Source: a virus
Lineage: Duplodnaviria > Caudoviricetes
Length of the DNA stretch: 42,466 nt
Direction: 5' to 3' (one strand)
Virus record (IMG/VR): IMGVR_UViG_3300033145_000490
Location: 1-42,466 of that record
Part shown: positions 1-8,525 of the stretch, in pieces
Position numbering within the stretch: the first letter of the stretch is position 1
How the letters are laid out: every line of letters begins with the position of its first letter
Position numbers and translations under genes: made by a program
Notes under the pieces: model-generated
The model's database searches: none
The model's input: only the letters and a program-made list of their open reading frames with translations
Told to the model about the DNA's origin: nothing

Positions 1-114
1 AACATCTGATGTAGTTTTCTGATTCTCAATGAAAAGATCAATGAGCTTCTGAGCGTGTACCTGAGAAAGCCCTGCCTCCTTAAATATTGGAGTAGCCTTA
101 TCCGCTAATACCTG
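1..114. repeat. Terminal direct repeat (assembly overlap of a circular or circularly permuted genome), left copy
   Basis: Bases 1-114 are identical to 42353-42466, and the scaffold ORF reads through the junction in frame. Confidence 0.97.
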
Positions 115-462
115 ATCTAAGGTTATCCCCTCTGGCATTTTGAACTCATACTTTTCGGGGATATTTTTAGCTTTCTCATCTGCCTTTGCCTTAATATCTG
201 CTTCTTCCTTCTCCTTAACGAGAATTACTTTTTTACCCTTATCTTCTTCAGATAAGTCCTCATCCTTTGCTTCCAGCAATTTCTTATCTGCGGCTAATTC
301 TTCCTCTGTCTTCTTACCCGCCTCGTCAAGAACCGAACCTTCCTTTGGCTTACCTTCATCATCCAGTATAGAATTAGTATCCTCTACTGGAGGTTTTCCT
401 TCTTCTTTAATTTTTACTGCTGCTAACTCTTCTGGGGTTGGAGTAGCGTTATTGTCTACCAT
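1..462 (-). CDS. Capsid scaffolding protein, N-terminal part (continues across the junction into 42352..42053; 253 aa in total)
   Basis: Not in the ORF track. ATG at 462 follows SD AAGGAGG. Reads MVDNNATPTPEELAAVK...IPEKYEFKMPEGITLDQVLADKATPIFKEAGLSQVHAQKLIDLF, an acidic sequence with a PEKYEF-type motif seen in BPP-1-like scaffolds. Lies between the Bbp19-like gene and the major capsid gene. Confidence 0.8.
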   Translation of the reverse strand, partial: MVDNNATPTPEELAAVKIKEEGKPPVEDTNSILDDEGKPKEGSVLDEAGKKTEEELAADKKLLEAKDEDLSEEDKGKKVILVKEKEEADIKAKADEKAKNIPEKYEFKMPEGITLDQVLADKATPIFKEAGLSQVHAQKLIDLFIENQKTTSDV

Positions 463-793
463 CTTGAGCCTCCTTGGCTTGTTTTTTACTATTGAGGGCA
501 GATAGATATTCGTTCTGCATCTGCGCAAAAGCAGATATATCGGCCTCGTTTATGTCTCTAAGCAATCCGAGTCCAACATCTCTTGTTCCTTCTGCGAAAG
601 CAGTTGCATTGGAATTTGCTGAAAATGAGTTCCTGAACACGCCACATTTATCTAACATCCTCCAACACCACCTTCTACCCTCAGGGGTTTTTAATATCTT
701 AAATAAATCATTTATCTCTTTCTGGCGAATCCTCTTCTGTTCGTCAGTTAATTTTTTTTGTTGTTCCTCTATATTAAAAATATCTTCTATCAT
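449..793 (-). CDS. Bbp19-like head-module protein
   Basis: Motif LKTPEGRRWCWRMLDKCGVFRNSF...AFAEGTRDVGL, and position between portal and scaffold. Confidence 0.75.
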   Translation of the reverse strand: MIEDIFNIEEQQKKLTDEQKRIRQKEINDLFKILKTPEGRRWCWRMLDKCGVFRNSFSANSNATAFAEGTRDVGLGLLRDINEADISAFAQMQNEYLSALNSKKQAKEAQDGRQ

Positions 794-933
794 TGTTTTT
801 TAAGACGATGTGAATGTTTAAAAAACTCTACAGCTCGAAGTCTTGCTATAGCAGCCTTTTTAGAACTATATTTGCCTAAGCTTTTCCCTGATTCGCTTCT
901 TACTACCCAAAGAGAACCTTCTTGTTTAATCAT
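790..933 (-). CDS. Small basic hypothetical protein (47 aa)
   Basis: Not in the track. MIKQEGSLWVVRSESGKSLGKYSSKKAAIARLRAVEFFKHSHRLKKQ, with AAGGA upstream and an ATGA overlap with the next gene. Confidence 0.7.
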   Translation of the reverse strand: MIKQEGSLWVVRSESGKSLGKYSSKKAAIARLRAVEFFKHSHRLKKQ

Positions 934-967
934 TATATATCCTTATCCTTATCCTTAGACCCTTGAT

Positions 968-985
968 AGCCCCTTGTTAGGGGCT
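968..985. terminator. GC-rich intergenic hairpin (possible terminator or processing site)
   Basis: agcccct-tgtt-aggggct stem-loop with no clear U-tract. Confidence 0.35.
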
Positions 986-995
986 TACTAGACCC

Positions 996-1202
996 TTATT
1001 TACTTTCTCTAATATTATTCTCTTTTTTACATATATCTAAGCGTAAAATATGTCCCATGCCTTTACTTGCGATAAAAGTATTCTCATTAGAAAGCATAAT
1101 CTTATTATATATTTCACATCTCTTATGTCCACCAATAGTATTAAGCTCTTTTAATTTTTCACAACTATCACAATAGTTTTTATTCCTTAGTTTTAAATTC
1201 AT
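996..1202 (-). CDS. Hypothetical Cys-containing protein (68 aa)
   Basis: ORF overlaps the portal stop codon (ATGA); has CxxC plus two more Cys. Confidence 0.6.
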   Translation of the reverse strand: MNLKLRNKNYCDSCEKLKELNTIGGHKRCEIYNKIMLSNENTFIASKGMGHILRLDICKKENNIRESK

Positions 1203-2959
1203 GTGTTCATCTTCCTTACTGCGCTTGTTGTTCTAACTAACGCATTGTCTTCATCCATCTTAGCATCAGCCATGCTTTTCGCAGCCCCAGCACCATCTTT
1301 TGCGGCAGAGGCAGAATCAATCATATTCTGTTTTCTCTCGGCTGCTGCTGCAATTTCTGCTTTGGCCTTGCGTATCTCGGCTACTGCCTCAGGAGAATTA
1401 ATTATGTTTGGAGGGATTCCTAACTTCTTCCCTTTTTCTCTAGCATATTCGTCAAAATTAGCAATATCTCTTATGTTAGGATCAACTTCCGCTAATGCAA
1501 TTAAAGATTGTATCCATTGATCCATCGGAGCAATATCAATCGCCTTCTGAGCTTGGGCTAAGATATTAGTATATTCTACTTTTAGGTTTAAGCCTTGTAT
1601 CTCTGGAGGTGGTGGTAAGAATACTTCGTTACGAACACAAATATTAAATGTCCTATCAATAAAAGACTTAATAAATTCATCTCCTTGCCACAACTCTAAT
1701 AATGGGGCTATCTTAGATAATCTCTCAGATTGCCTTTCCAGAACTTCTGTCGCAGTGATAGGACTTCCTTCTCTTGCTGCCTCTATCATCATTAGGAATA
1801 AATCCGTAAAAAAGAACTTCTTTATTATTTGTTTAGTGTCTTTGATTGAAATATCTAAAGAAGCAATATCTAGGTCAACTTGATATGTAGGTTTGACACC
1901 TGCGTGTGGAAAGATTGACGAATAAGTAGTTACACCACCAGGTAGGGTGTTGACATCTCCAGAAACAGATGAGTCTTTCTGTAAGGGTGGATTGGTTTTT
2001 TTATCCAAAGCTATAAGAAGATTACTCTTCTTTTTTTGTAGCTCTTTAACGGCACCTAGGGTTTTCCATCCTGCGCCCTTGCCATATATATCTGAAGTAG
2101 TAGCCCTTTCCCATCTTGGGGCCACAATAGGAAATTCCTCATATCCGCCAAGTTTCAAATATTTATCGTCTAATTCTCCATCTTCCCAATAGATAGAACG
2201 AAAAGGCATATTACTATAATCCTTAAGATACGGAATCCTATCATCATTCTCTTCTACCATCCAGCTTACTTTCTTCCAAATGTCGGGTTGATTACCTTGA
2301 TACGCAGTCTGAACAGCCACCGAACAATTCTCTATACCAAACTGCTTTACCATTTGTCCAACCGTTATCCAAAATATTCTATAAAAAGCATTAACTTTGC
2401 CCTTACTATCACAACCAATATAATATTCTCCCGCAGTATATGATTTTAAATGGATTATATTATCAAAGTCTTCTTCAACATAAAAACACCCAGTTCCAAA
2501 TGTAGCTAGTTCTTTATATGTCTTTGCCAATACAGTATATGAGTTAGACTTCTGGAATATTTCATACATCTTCTCCTGGGAATCTTTCAACCAAAATGCT
2601 ACACGGGGAATTTCCATTAATGCCCTGTCTTCAAAATAAAACTTAAACCAAGGTCTTGCAGCAGAGGTAAATCCGTGCATCATTCCAGAAGAAAATGTAT
2701 CTACGTCAAGAGTAGCCTCTTCATCAAGTAGGACTTTATGATCTATTTTAGATCCTGAATTTGGAGTAATTGATTCAAAGAACCCCAGAGTAGGATAGAT
2801 ATAGGTTTGAAGATCTCTCCAGGTTGGAGTCCACTTTGTCCCTTCAGTCTTTAAAGCATTAGCTCTCTTCTTTACAAATCTCTTCTCTAATCCTGTATCG
2901 GTAAATTCACCTTTACCTATTGGTTTTGTTTCTGCATTAGTATTAATAAGAGTAGTCAT
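1199..2959 (-). CDS. Portal protein (podovirus head-to-tail connector, BPP-1 Bbp21/T7 gp8 type)
   Basis: 586 aa with motifs ARPWF, ELATFGTG, FPIVAPRW..YGKG and TATEVLER; lies downstream of TerL. Confidence 0.92.
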   Translation of the reverse strand: MTTLINTNAETKPIGKGEFTDTGLEKRFVKKRANALKTEGTKWTPTWRDLQTYIYPTLGFFESITPNSGSKIDHKVLLDEEATLDVDTFSSGMMHGFTSAARPWFKFYFEDRALMEIPRVAFWLKDSQEKMYEIFQKSNSYTVLAKTYKELATFGTGCFYVEEDFDNIIHLKSYTAGEYYIGCDSKGKVNAFYRIFWITVGQMVKQFGIENCSVAVQTAYQGNQPDIWKKVSWMVEENDDRIPYLKDYSNMPFRSIYWEDGELDDKYLKLGGYEEFPIVAPRWERATTSDIYGKGAGWKTLGAVKELQKKKSNLLIALDKKTNPPLQKDSSVSGDVNTLPGGVTTYSSIFPHAGVKPTYQVDLDIASLDISIKDTKQIIKKFFFTDLFLMMIEAAREGSPITATEVLERQSERLSKIAPLLELWQGDEFIKSFIDRTFNICVRNEVFLPPPPEIQGLNLKVEYTNILAQAQKAIDIAPMDQWIQSLIALAEVDPNIRDIANFDEYAREKGKKLGIPPNIINSPEAVAEIRKAKAEIAAAAERKQNMIDSASAAKDGAGAAKSMADAKMDEDNALVRTTSAVRKMNT

Positions 2960-2969
2960 CTATTTTCTC

Positions 2970-3236
2970 CTATCGAATAATTGCTCCGACATTCTCCTCA
3001 CGAGTTAAAAAGTATTGTTTCTTCTCAAAGGCAAATGGAACTATTGCCTGAGGATCAACTATTAGCCTATCACCTACCTTAACATCAATACACTTTTTAC
3101 CTATCTTAATAACAAGAAGGCTTGTCCCCTCAACCAGTTTTGTGTTTTTAGCAATGTCAGGAATTATAAGTTTTGAATTTATATTGTCAGGTAGTCTTAG
3201 AATAATAAAATCTTTTATAGCTAACATCTCTGGCAT
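2970..3236 (-). CDS. GroES/Cpn10-like co-chaperonin
   Basis: 88 aa. MLAIKDFIIL..KLIIPD..VIKIG..DVKVGDRLIV..KQYFLTREENVGAII follows the Cpn10 pattern (IILPD, VKVGDxV, YLIxRExDILAVI). Confidence 0.75.
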   Translation of the reverse strand: MPEMLAIKDFIILRLPDNINSKLIIPDIAKNTKLVEGTSLLVIKIGKKCIDVKVGDRLIVDPQAIVPFAFEKKQYFLTREENVGAIIR

Positions 3237-3237
3237 A

Positions 3238-3384
3238 TTACCTTCCTTTCAGTTTTTGATATAGCCCTCTATTTTTAGAAGCTACTATCTGACCATTGTT
3301 CAATCTTGTGTAAGGTTCTGCGCACAAGCTTATACCTCTTACAAATGCTTCCTTGCGAATAAATCTAGCCCTTGCTCCATTCAT
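3238..3384 (-). CDS. Small hypothetical protein (48 aa)
   Basis: Not in the track. MNGARARFIRKEAF...YQKLKGR fills the gap between its neighbours exactly. Confidence 0.65.
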   Translation of the reverse strand: MNGARARFIRKEAFVRGISLCAEPYTRLNNGQIVASKNRGLYQKLKGR

Positions 3385-3648
3385 CTATGTCCCCAGTTTT
3401 TCTTTCTTACCTGACGCAGCCTCATTAGTTACACCCAATGGACTCGTTTTGATTGTTGATAATATTCCTTGCCTTGCAAAAGCTATCCTTCTTCTTCTAG
3501 CCTGAGAAGATTGCACGGATGTCGGAGAAGGAGATCCAGGTGTTGAAGTTGGCGGAATTATTGAAGGTGCTGGTGCTGCTATTGGCGCAGGCGCAGGAGT
3601 CGGAGTTGGCTGAATTGATGGTTGTTTTGGTGATCCGAATATACACAT
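3385..3648 (-). CDS. Small Pro-rich virion protein (T7 gp7.3-like position)
   Basis: MC start, Pro/Ala-rich linker and basic C-terminus ending KLG; SD AGGAG; between TerL and portal. Confidence 0.55.
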   Translation of the reverse strand: MCIFGSPKQPSIQPTPTPAPAPIAAPAPSIIPPTSTPGSPSPTSVQSSQARRRRIAFARQGILSTIKTSPLGVTNEAASGKKEKLGT

Positions 3649-3659
3649 AATTTACTCCT

Positions 3660-6185
3660 TTATTTTAACACATCATACTTTGAATTAGTAAACTCTAAGT
3701 TCCCTTGGCTATTCGCTGGGAGATTAATTCCTTCAACTCTTCTACCCATAAACCTATTCTTAGGCATAACAGGAAATGCGAATGTCAATGCTAGAGAGTC
3801 AGCTGCATTAGGAGAAGCCACTCCTCTCGTCTTCATATCTTTCTTAGACTCTAATAATATCTTGCCCGAGTTCCTGCCTATCGCTATTACCTCAAACTCT
3901 GGGGCTATTAAATCATCACACAATTCTTGGTCATCTGGAATACAGCCACCTTCCTTCAACCATCTTTTCATCGAGTTCCACATTTCAGCTCTCTTATTGG
4001 CACAGCCTATATCGGCAGAAGCTCCGCCAAATGGAATTAATATCCATTCCCTCTTTAATTGTTTGCCTGCCGAGAATATGCCAGTACCAAATCCCATATC
4101 TATAAAAACTGCATCAGCCATTTCTCTATCTTCAAATGCAGCAATATGTCCAGCCATAACAAAGTCGTCGTCATTCTTAGAATATTTTGCGAGTACCTTA
4201 GAAAAATTACCTTGCCTTAAAGTTATAACAAACTTATCTTCTCCTGTCCAACTTGGATCTACTCCGATAATCTTAGCTGCAAATCTATAGTTCTCTGGAT
4301 TTATTGCTCTACCCCTCGCTGCCTCAACATAATTAAGTGGGATAAATTGTCTGTCTGATACATTAGGAAACTGTCCTTTTATTCTCACCCTGCAAAAGTC
4401 AGAGTCTTCTCCGTAATCGTCTATCCATTTCTGGAGTTCTTCCTTATTTGTCATCTTACAATTACGAGCGTCGATTTGCCAAGTTCTCCAGCGGTGCCGT
4501 AATTTGCCAAAGCACTCTTTAAATCTTCCAGTATTTCTTGTGGGATTACCACAGACCATCCAGATTATCTCTGTCTCGGCATCCGTCATAGCTCCTTCGG
4601 TAACTTCCCAAATCTCATCAGGAATAGCAGAAGACTCATCAAATATAATTAGTATTCTTTTGCCTTTATTATGTAATCCCGCAAAAGCCTCCGTCTTGTC
4701 TTTTGACCAGGGTATAATATCTATACGCCAAGTTCTTTCATGTTCTTTGTGAATAGAATAAATTGCTGTTGCGGTAAGAGTAAACCAGTGCTTTGCTATG
4801 AATAAACGATGCCACTTGGAAAGCTCTGCCCAAGTCTTAGTCTTCAACTGAGATTCTGTATTGGCTGTAACTACTCCACGGGTATCTTCGCAAGTAGCCA
4901 TCGCCCATAATATCAACCAAGCTACAAGTGCTGAGTTATGAGTAACAATAAAATCATTTGCCAAAAATAAATGATTTTCTGCATCTACAATAACACAATG
5001 CCCATCTTCATAATGACTAAATTCTATCGATTCAATCCATCTCTTAATATATCTTTCTTCAGAGGGTTTATATAACTCTTTACGATGTTTGATTGTAAAT
5101 GGATTCCAGGAAATATTTATCGTTATTCTATAACATTCTTTGCAAATAACTTTCTCTCTTTGATTATTATAATACCAACCTTGCTTTGGAGTCTCCTGTA
5201 TCCAAGACTTTCCACCCAACGAACGAACAAGCCAAACAACATCATCAGCTAATCGTCTGCTTGTGGTGCTATATATAACTACATCTTTTGAAACTTCTCC
5301 ATCAGTATCAAGTAAACCCTCCAATAGTGCTTTTCTATTTTTAATAGAGTTATATTTATATTCATCAGGAAGATACCTATCGCAAGAGTTACAATTAAAT
5401 ATTTCTTCTTTTATTAAATGACTAATCTCTTTAATATAATTGGTTTTTTCACCATAAGTAGAAACTTTATAACCTAATAATTCTAATTTATCTCTTAATT
5501 CTGGAAAAGTCTTTGTATAAATAGGTTTCTCCTTACTTCCATCTCCAATCCATATCCCCATTAAATAAGGGTGTATATCTACTTCTCTCTCTTCAAACTC
5601 AACAGGTTCTTGAATTGGTATCTCCCATTGTCGAGCTTTAGAGATACCATTAGACCGTTTGACCCCAATCTCAAGGATTTGTTCTGTTGACAAAGTTCTC
5701 CAACTGTTAAGATTTTTTCTACGCTCTTGTCTACCCCTTACAGCCCAGAGATGTTCTAACCCAGCAAATGTAAAAGAACCATCATCAAAAGTTACCTTAT
5801 AAAATGGCCAGCTTTTATGAATAAATTTTTGCTTTACTTGAGTAGGCTTACCATCAGAACCAAAAAGCAAATCTCCTTCGTTTATATCACCCCAAAACTT
5901 TTTCCCTTGAGGAGTATCAACTACTATTGAATTTGCAAGAACTTTTCCTGGCCCATGTCCAGAAGCTACTGCTAATTTAATTGCATCGTAAGGATTTAAT
6001 AACTTATCTTTTATTTCTTTAAGGACTCCTGCTTGCCATTCATCAGGCCCATCAAATTTTTCAAGCTCCCCTGGTTCACCCCAAGGAAAAGAATAGTAGA
6101 CAAAATTATAAGGATCCCGAGTAAATGAAGTGATGTCATTTATCAGGTCTTCTTGATTATCAATTATTACTTGGTTCGAGTGCAT
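3660..6185 (-). CDS. terL: Terminase large subunit, interrupted by an intein
   Basis: Walker A VASGHGPGK^S, VTANTESQL, Walker B IFDESS, GNPTR, nuclease motifs GVDPS and SPNAADSLALTFA. Confidence 0.95.
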   Translation of the reverse strand: MHSNQVIIDNQEDLINDITSFTRDPYNFVYYSFPWGEPGELEKFDGPDEWQAGVLKEIKDKLLNPYDAIKLAVASGHGPGKVLANSIVVDTPQGKKFWGDINEGDLLFGSDGKPTQVKQKFIHKSWPFYKVTFDDGSFTFAGLEHLWAVRGRQERRKNLNSWRTLSTEQILEIGVKRSNGISKARQWEIPIQEPVEFEEREVDIHPYLMGIWIGDGSKEKPIYTKTFPELRDKLELLGYKVSTYGEKTNYIKEISHLIKEEIFNCNSCDRYLPDEYKYNSIKNRKALLEGLLDTDGEVSKDVVIYSTTSRRLADDVVWLVRSLGGKSWIQETPKQGWYYNNQREKVICKECYRITINISWNPFTIKHRKELYKPSEERYIKRWIESIEFSHYEDGHCVIVDAENHLFLANDFIVTHNSALVAWLILWAMATCEDTRGVVTANTESQLKTKTWAELSKWHRLFIAKHWFTLTATAIYSIHKEHERTWRIDIIPWSKDKTEAFAGLHNKGKRILIIFDESSAIPDEIWEVTEGAMTDAETEIIWMVCGNPTRNTGRFKECFGKLRHRWRTWQIDARNCKMTNKEELQKWIDDYGEDSDFCRVRIKGQFPNVSDRQFIPLNYVEAARGRAINPENYRFAAKIIGVDPSWTGEDKFVITLRQGNFSKVLAKYSKNDDDFVMAGHIAAFEDREMADAVFIDMGFGTGIFSAGKQLKREWILIPFGGASADIGCANKRAEMWNSMKRWLKEGGCIPDDQELCDDLIAPEFEVIAIGRNSGKILLESKKDMKTRGVASPNAADSLALTFAFPVMPKNRFMGRRVEGINLPANSQGNLEFTNSKYDVLK
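4935..5942 (-). mobile_element. Intein with LAGLIDADG homing endonuclease (336 aa) in the TerL Walker A motif
   Basis: Starts VLANSIVVDTP after GPGK and ends FIVTHN before Ser. Block B FTFAGLEHLW; LAGLIDADG blocks PYLMGIWIGDG and LLEGLLDTDG; block H STTSRRLADDVVWLVRSLG. Confidence 0.93.
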
Positions 6186-6558
6186 CTAAAACCCTCTTTC
6201 TTCCTGATTGGATCTTCTCAGCAAAATTAACAGTAATTTCTCCAGTATGTTCCAATTCTTTCTTATCACGCCAGCCAGCCACATTCTTTAAAGTGAATAT
6301 TCCTGCGGCAACATCAATCTTCTTCTTCATTATTGCCTTGACTATGTTCAACGTCTGAACATCCTCAAATCTTTTTAAGGCTTGAGAAAACTCGTCATTT
6401 TCTTTAGCCCAGATACTCAAGTTCTCACTTGGATAGCAACGCTTTATAGCAAATTCCTGTTTAAAAGGAATAGTATTCTCTGATTCTTTTGCATATTCCA
6501 ACAAAGCCTTCGCTTCGACTTCAATGAACTCAGTTGTGTACTTCTTAGGTCTACCCAT
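6160..6558 (-). CDS. terS: Terminase small subunit
   Basis: MGRPKKY start and AAGIFTLKNVAGWRDKKELEHTG motif; immediately upstream of and overlapping TerL. Confidence 0.85.
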   Translation of the reverse strand: MGRPKKYTTEFIEVEAKALLEYAKESENTIPFKQEFAIKRCYPSENLSIWAKENDEFSQALKRFEDVQTLNIVKAIMKKKIDVAAGIFTLKNVAGWRDKKELEHTGEITVNFAEKIQSGRKRVLDALEPSNN

Positions 6559-7221
6559 TTATTTTCACCGCTTTCTGATTAGTATAATTCTCCCAACGGT
6601 TTATGATTACCTGGCAATACATTGGATCAATTTCCATCATATAACATTTACGATTAAGGCGCTCGCAGGCTATCATGGTGGAGCCAGAGCCGCCGAATGG
6701 ATCAACAACTATATCATCCCTATTGCCCCATTGAAAGAAAATGTCCTCAATTAAAGATGTTGGTTTTTGCGTAGGATGCAACCTATGCTGCGCTTCTTTT
6801 GTGTTTCTTGAAGAAAGAAACCCAAACCAATCATGCCTCAGTGTTCGTCTTTTATGTCTAATTCTTGACCATATTAATTCAAATGCGGATCCGTAAACAC
6901 CATATCTGCCTTGTTTCCATCCATAAGCCTATTTACCGCCTCATGTTGCGTAGAATCCCCGCACAAGAGCCTATGAGAGCCAAGATTATAAAGGTCCCCA
7001 GGCATTACCCCTACCTCGGTTACCTCGGGTACCGCATCCGCTTTTTCATCAGCGTCGAGCTGAAAGATAAAATCCAATTCCTTTGGATCGAACCCGACAT
7101 CCTTCAATAAATTCTCATCGAAATTCGCCAGGGCGTCAAAATCCCATTCACCTAGGTTCTTATTAAGCCTGAGATTAAGCTCTCTTTCCTGGGCCTCACG
7201 GTTTTCGCTGCGCCAATGCAT
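6551..7221 (-). pseudogene. Decayed ParB-fused N4/N6 DNA methyltransferase (internal deletions and a frameshift)
   Basis: The upstream frame has ELNLRLNKNLGEWD and HRLLCGDST...MVFTDP, then stops where DPPY is expected. The downstream frame has HPTQKP...VVDPFGGSGSTMIACE...MEIDPMYCQVIINRWE. Confidence 0.8.
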
Positions 7222-7228
7222 GTATACC

Positions 7229-7258
7229 AGTATAACAGCTATTTTCGGGACTTGTCAA
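7229..7258 (-). promoter_or_regulatory. Sigma70-type promoter (TTGACA-18-TATACT, extended -10 TG), probably giving a leaderless mRNA; candidate late-operon promoter
   Basis: Motifs read directly; the ATG at 7221 is 7 nt after the -10 box. Confidence 0.7.
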
Positions 7259-7397
7259 ACTTATTTTTTAGGGAGTAACTTTTGCGGGCTAAATCCCCGA
7301 CGGTAGGATGCGCCTTTTTGTCAGGCAAGTTTTTTTGGGCATGATATATGCAGTAGTATTTATTTCTGAGATAGCGGAAATATTCTAAAGGGTTCAT
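7239..7397 (-). CDS. Small hypothetical protein (52 aa)
   Basis: Not in the track. MNPLEYFRYLRNKYYC... starts 3 nt after the upstream stop codon. Confidence 0.45.
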   Translation of the reverse strand: MNPLEYFRYLRNKYYCIYHAQKNLPDKKAHPTVGDLARKSYSLKNKFDKSRK

Positions 7398-7400
7398 ATA

Positions 7401-7619
7401 TTATTGATACTCGCTATGTTTTTGCAAGTCTTCTTTTAAATCTTCTATTCTATATTCTAAATTCTTGAAATCTTCTTTATATAATCCGCTTTCTAAGAAC
7501 TTCATTACAAACGTCATACTAGCTATAAATACAAAAGTTGCGACTAAGACAAATATCCAACACTTCATGTCTCCTGGATTTATTTTAAATAGATAATAGT
7601 TTTTAGTAACTCTTGTCAT
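7401..7619 (-). CDS. Small membrane protein
   Basis: One hydrophobic segment and a short coiled coil; ATGA coupling. Confidence 0.65.
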   Translation of the reverse strand: MTRVTKNYYLFKINPGDMKCWIFVLVATFVFIASMTFVMKFLESGLYKEDFKNLEYRIEDLKEDLQKHSEYQ

Positions 7620-7834
7620 TTTTTCCTCCCTAGTAAATATCTTGATTTATGCTTATTGGGTACTTTTGTTACTACCCAAATTAAGAACACCATAACTACC
7701 GTAGCCAAAACCATTGATAGTATCAACGCAACCAAATCTTTTCCAGTCATATTCCATTCTTCTACTCGTTCTGCCCATCTGTCTGAGGCGTTTATATAAT
7801 AGATATATTTTTGATATACTTCTTCAAAAGTCAT
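7616..7834 (-). CDS. Small membrane protein
   Basis: One hydrophobic segment; ATGA coupling. Confidence 0.65.
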   Translation of the reverse strand: MTFEEVYQKYIYYINASDRWAERVEEWNMTGKDLVALILSMVLATVVMVFLIWVVTKVPNKHKSRYLLGRKK

Positions 7835-8226
7835 TTCACCACATCTTTACTTTGTGCTATGGCTATAATACAATCATCGTAAAACAATTTACCCACTTTA
7901 TATTTTGGTCTTTTCTTTATCTTTTCCACTATTTCTGATTTCTTGATGTAACCCTGTCCTTCCAAAATTCCAATCATATTTTCTGTAAGTTTGACATAAC
8001 CAGCAGAGGTTATGGCGTTAGAGATTGCTTTACACCAATCAGGAGTAAGTTCATAATGTTTTACCATACCGATATATTTTGTTTTTCTTATTATTTCTTC
8101 CAACCCCTTATCCTCTGTGGGTTTGATAGGTTTATTACAACTTTTAATAAGGCATCTTTTAACCCCACTTTGGTCTAAATAGAAATGGTTATCTTCGCAT
8201 TTACAAAACTCCTCTAGTTCTTTCAT
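7831..8226 (-). CDS. Hypothetical protein with an N-terminal Cys cluster
   Basis: SD AAGGAG; CxC...CxxxxC. Confidence 0.7.
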   Translation of the reverse strand: MKELEEFCKCEDNHFYLDQSGVKRCLIKSCNKPIKPTEDKGLEEIIRKTKYIGMVKHYELTPDWCKAISNAITSAGYVKLTENMIGILEGQGYIKKSEIVEKIKKRPKYKVGKLFYDDCIIAIAQSKDVVK

Positions 8227-8238
8227 CTTTGCTCCTTA

Positions 8239-8397
8239 CTATTTAACTATTTTATAAACTATAAAATCTTTCCAAGTATAACGAGAGCATTTACATTTCT
8301 CACATTTATCTCCATGATTGTCTAAGTGATGCGATGTATGATAACCCTTACTATGTCCACAACTACAAATTTCATCATCAACTTTTAATTTTTTCAT
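8239..8397 (-). CDS. Small Zn-finger-like protein (52 aa)
   Basis: Not in the track. MKKLKVDDEICSCGHSKGYHTSHHLDNHGDKCEKCKCSRYTWKDF; CxCGHxxxxH...CxxCxC. Confidence 0.7.
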   Translation of the reverse strand: MKKLKVDDEICSCGHSKGYHTSHHLDNHGDKCEKCKCSRYTWKDFIVYKIVK

Positions 8398-8525
8398 CAA
8401 AACCTATCCTTTCTTCTTCGTAATTCTGTTATCCACTCAACTGTTGAGGTCAACCATTTAGGTTGATTTAAGTCCATCCAGATTGCCCAGAGAAAAGAGT
8501 GTAACCATTTACGGAGTTTTTTCAT
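8397..8525 (-). CDS. Small hypothetical protein (42 aa)
   Basis: Not in the track. MKKLRKWLHSFLWAIWMDL..., TGATG-coupled to the next ORF. Confidence 0.55.
   Translation of the reverse strand: MKKLRKWLHSFLWAIWMDLNQPKWLTSTVEWITELRRRKDRF

Noticed and set aside
1-114. Biological terminal repeat (T7-like DTR)
   Set aside because: It falls inside the scaffold ORF and is more simply an assembler overlap; true genome ends cannot be inferred from it.
6551-7221. Programmed frameshift or stop-codon recoding producing an active methyltransferase
   Set aside because: The DPPY motif and the following region are missing, so restoring the frame would not restore the enzyme; other genes read normally in the standard code.
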